A stretch of DNA of 64,000 nt from IMG/VR virus record IMGVR_UViG_3300007735_000786, positions 8,752 through 72,751 of that record, one strand, 5' to 3'. Below, in pieces: positions 63,531-64,000 of this stretch. The notes beneath the pieces are model-generated. The model searched no databases. It was not told the DNA's origin and worked only from the letters and a program-made list of their open reading frames with translations. Both the position numbers and the translations under genes were made by a program. The number at the start of each line of letters is the position of its first letter. The first letter of the stretch is position 1. This DNA comes from a virus.

Positions 63531-63779
63531 ATGGGCGCTATAGTTAAAGAACAATCTATATGCGCCAGGATGGACGACGAAACACGTCTAAAACGAGTAG
63601 AGGCACTCGAAACTATAAAAAACAAAGCTTTAGAAAAAGCACAAAGGGGTGAAGACTCCCTTGAAGTACGAGATTTTGTTACTTCCGCCAAAAAAGAGCT
63701 GGCTTATGAGCTGCCAGATGAAGATGCATTCCGTAAAGCGATGAAGGCAACTCTCGCATACAAGGCAAAGAAGGGATAA
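63531..63779 (+). CDS. hypothetical protein
   Basis: Helical 70-82 aa ORF followed by a terminator. Confidence 0.55.
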   Translation: MGAIVKEQSICARMDDETRLKRVEALETIKNKALEKAQRGEDSLEVRDFVTSAKKELAYELPDEDAFRKAMKATLAYKAKKG

Positions 63780-63803
63780 TAATAAAATTTTGTAATTCAA
63801 AGC

Positions 63804-63832
63804 AAAGCCGGGAATAAAACCCCGGCTTTTTT
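63804..63832 (+). terminator. intrinsic terminator
   Basis: AAAGCCGGG-AATAAAA-CCCGGCTTT followed by a T run. Confidence 0.75.
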
Positions 63833-64000
63833 GTCTAAATTCTTGGGCAAACACATGTTTTGGACGACAAAATAACACTTTTACTACATATAAGGCGCCC
63901 TTATACCCTCAAATAGGTATTAGATTTACCCGACCGTTCTCCCACCCCCCCACCGATTAGGTATCTGCAAAGAAAAAAAAAGGGTACGGGTATCACAAGG

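Noticed and set aside
63880-64000. Genome terminus at the C-rich tract
   Set aside because: Only the window edge is visible, and I see no match to the start of the window.

Overview
This window is most of a cyanophage genome. It has no tape-measure, tail-tube or sheath gene that I can recognise, which suggests a podovirus-like particle. The gene set recalls the freshwater S-EIV1-type lineage (from memory, not searched). It carries a replication block (PD-(D/E)XK nuclease, primase-polymerase/SF3 helicase), host-manipulation genes (psbA, two NblA-like proteins, Dps, speD, dcd, glycosyltransferase, methyltransferases), four peptidoglycan hydrolases, two tail fibres and a tyrosine recombinase. 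It also carries a long minus-strand head module (terminase with a class-3-type intein, portal, scaffold, capsid, probable ejection proteins) and many HNH/EndoVII free-standing endonucleases. The most striking signal is missing from the ORF track. A DUF5872-like gene (8100-7792, minus) is interrupted by a 24-nt in-frame insert: UCG, then a UAG in a GNRA hairpin, then a matched UCG. This is the architecture of a programmed ribosomal bypass. Directly upstream lie the deletion scar of an EndoVII homing endonuclease and a duplicated gene 5' end, paralleling the T4 mobA/gene 60 cassette. About 700 nt further downstream on the minus strand is a promoter-driven array of RNA hairpins ending in a tRNA-like element with a broken anticodon arm. 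All family calls come from motif recognition by eye.
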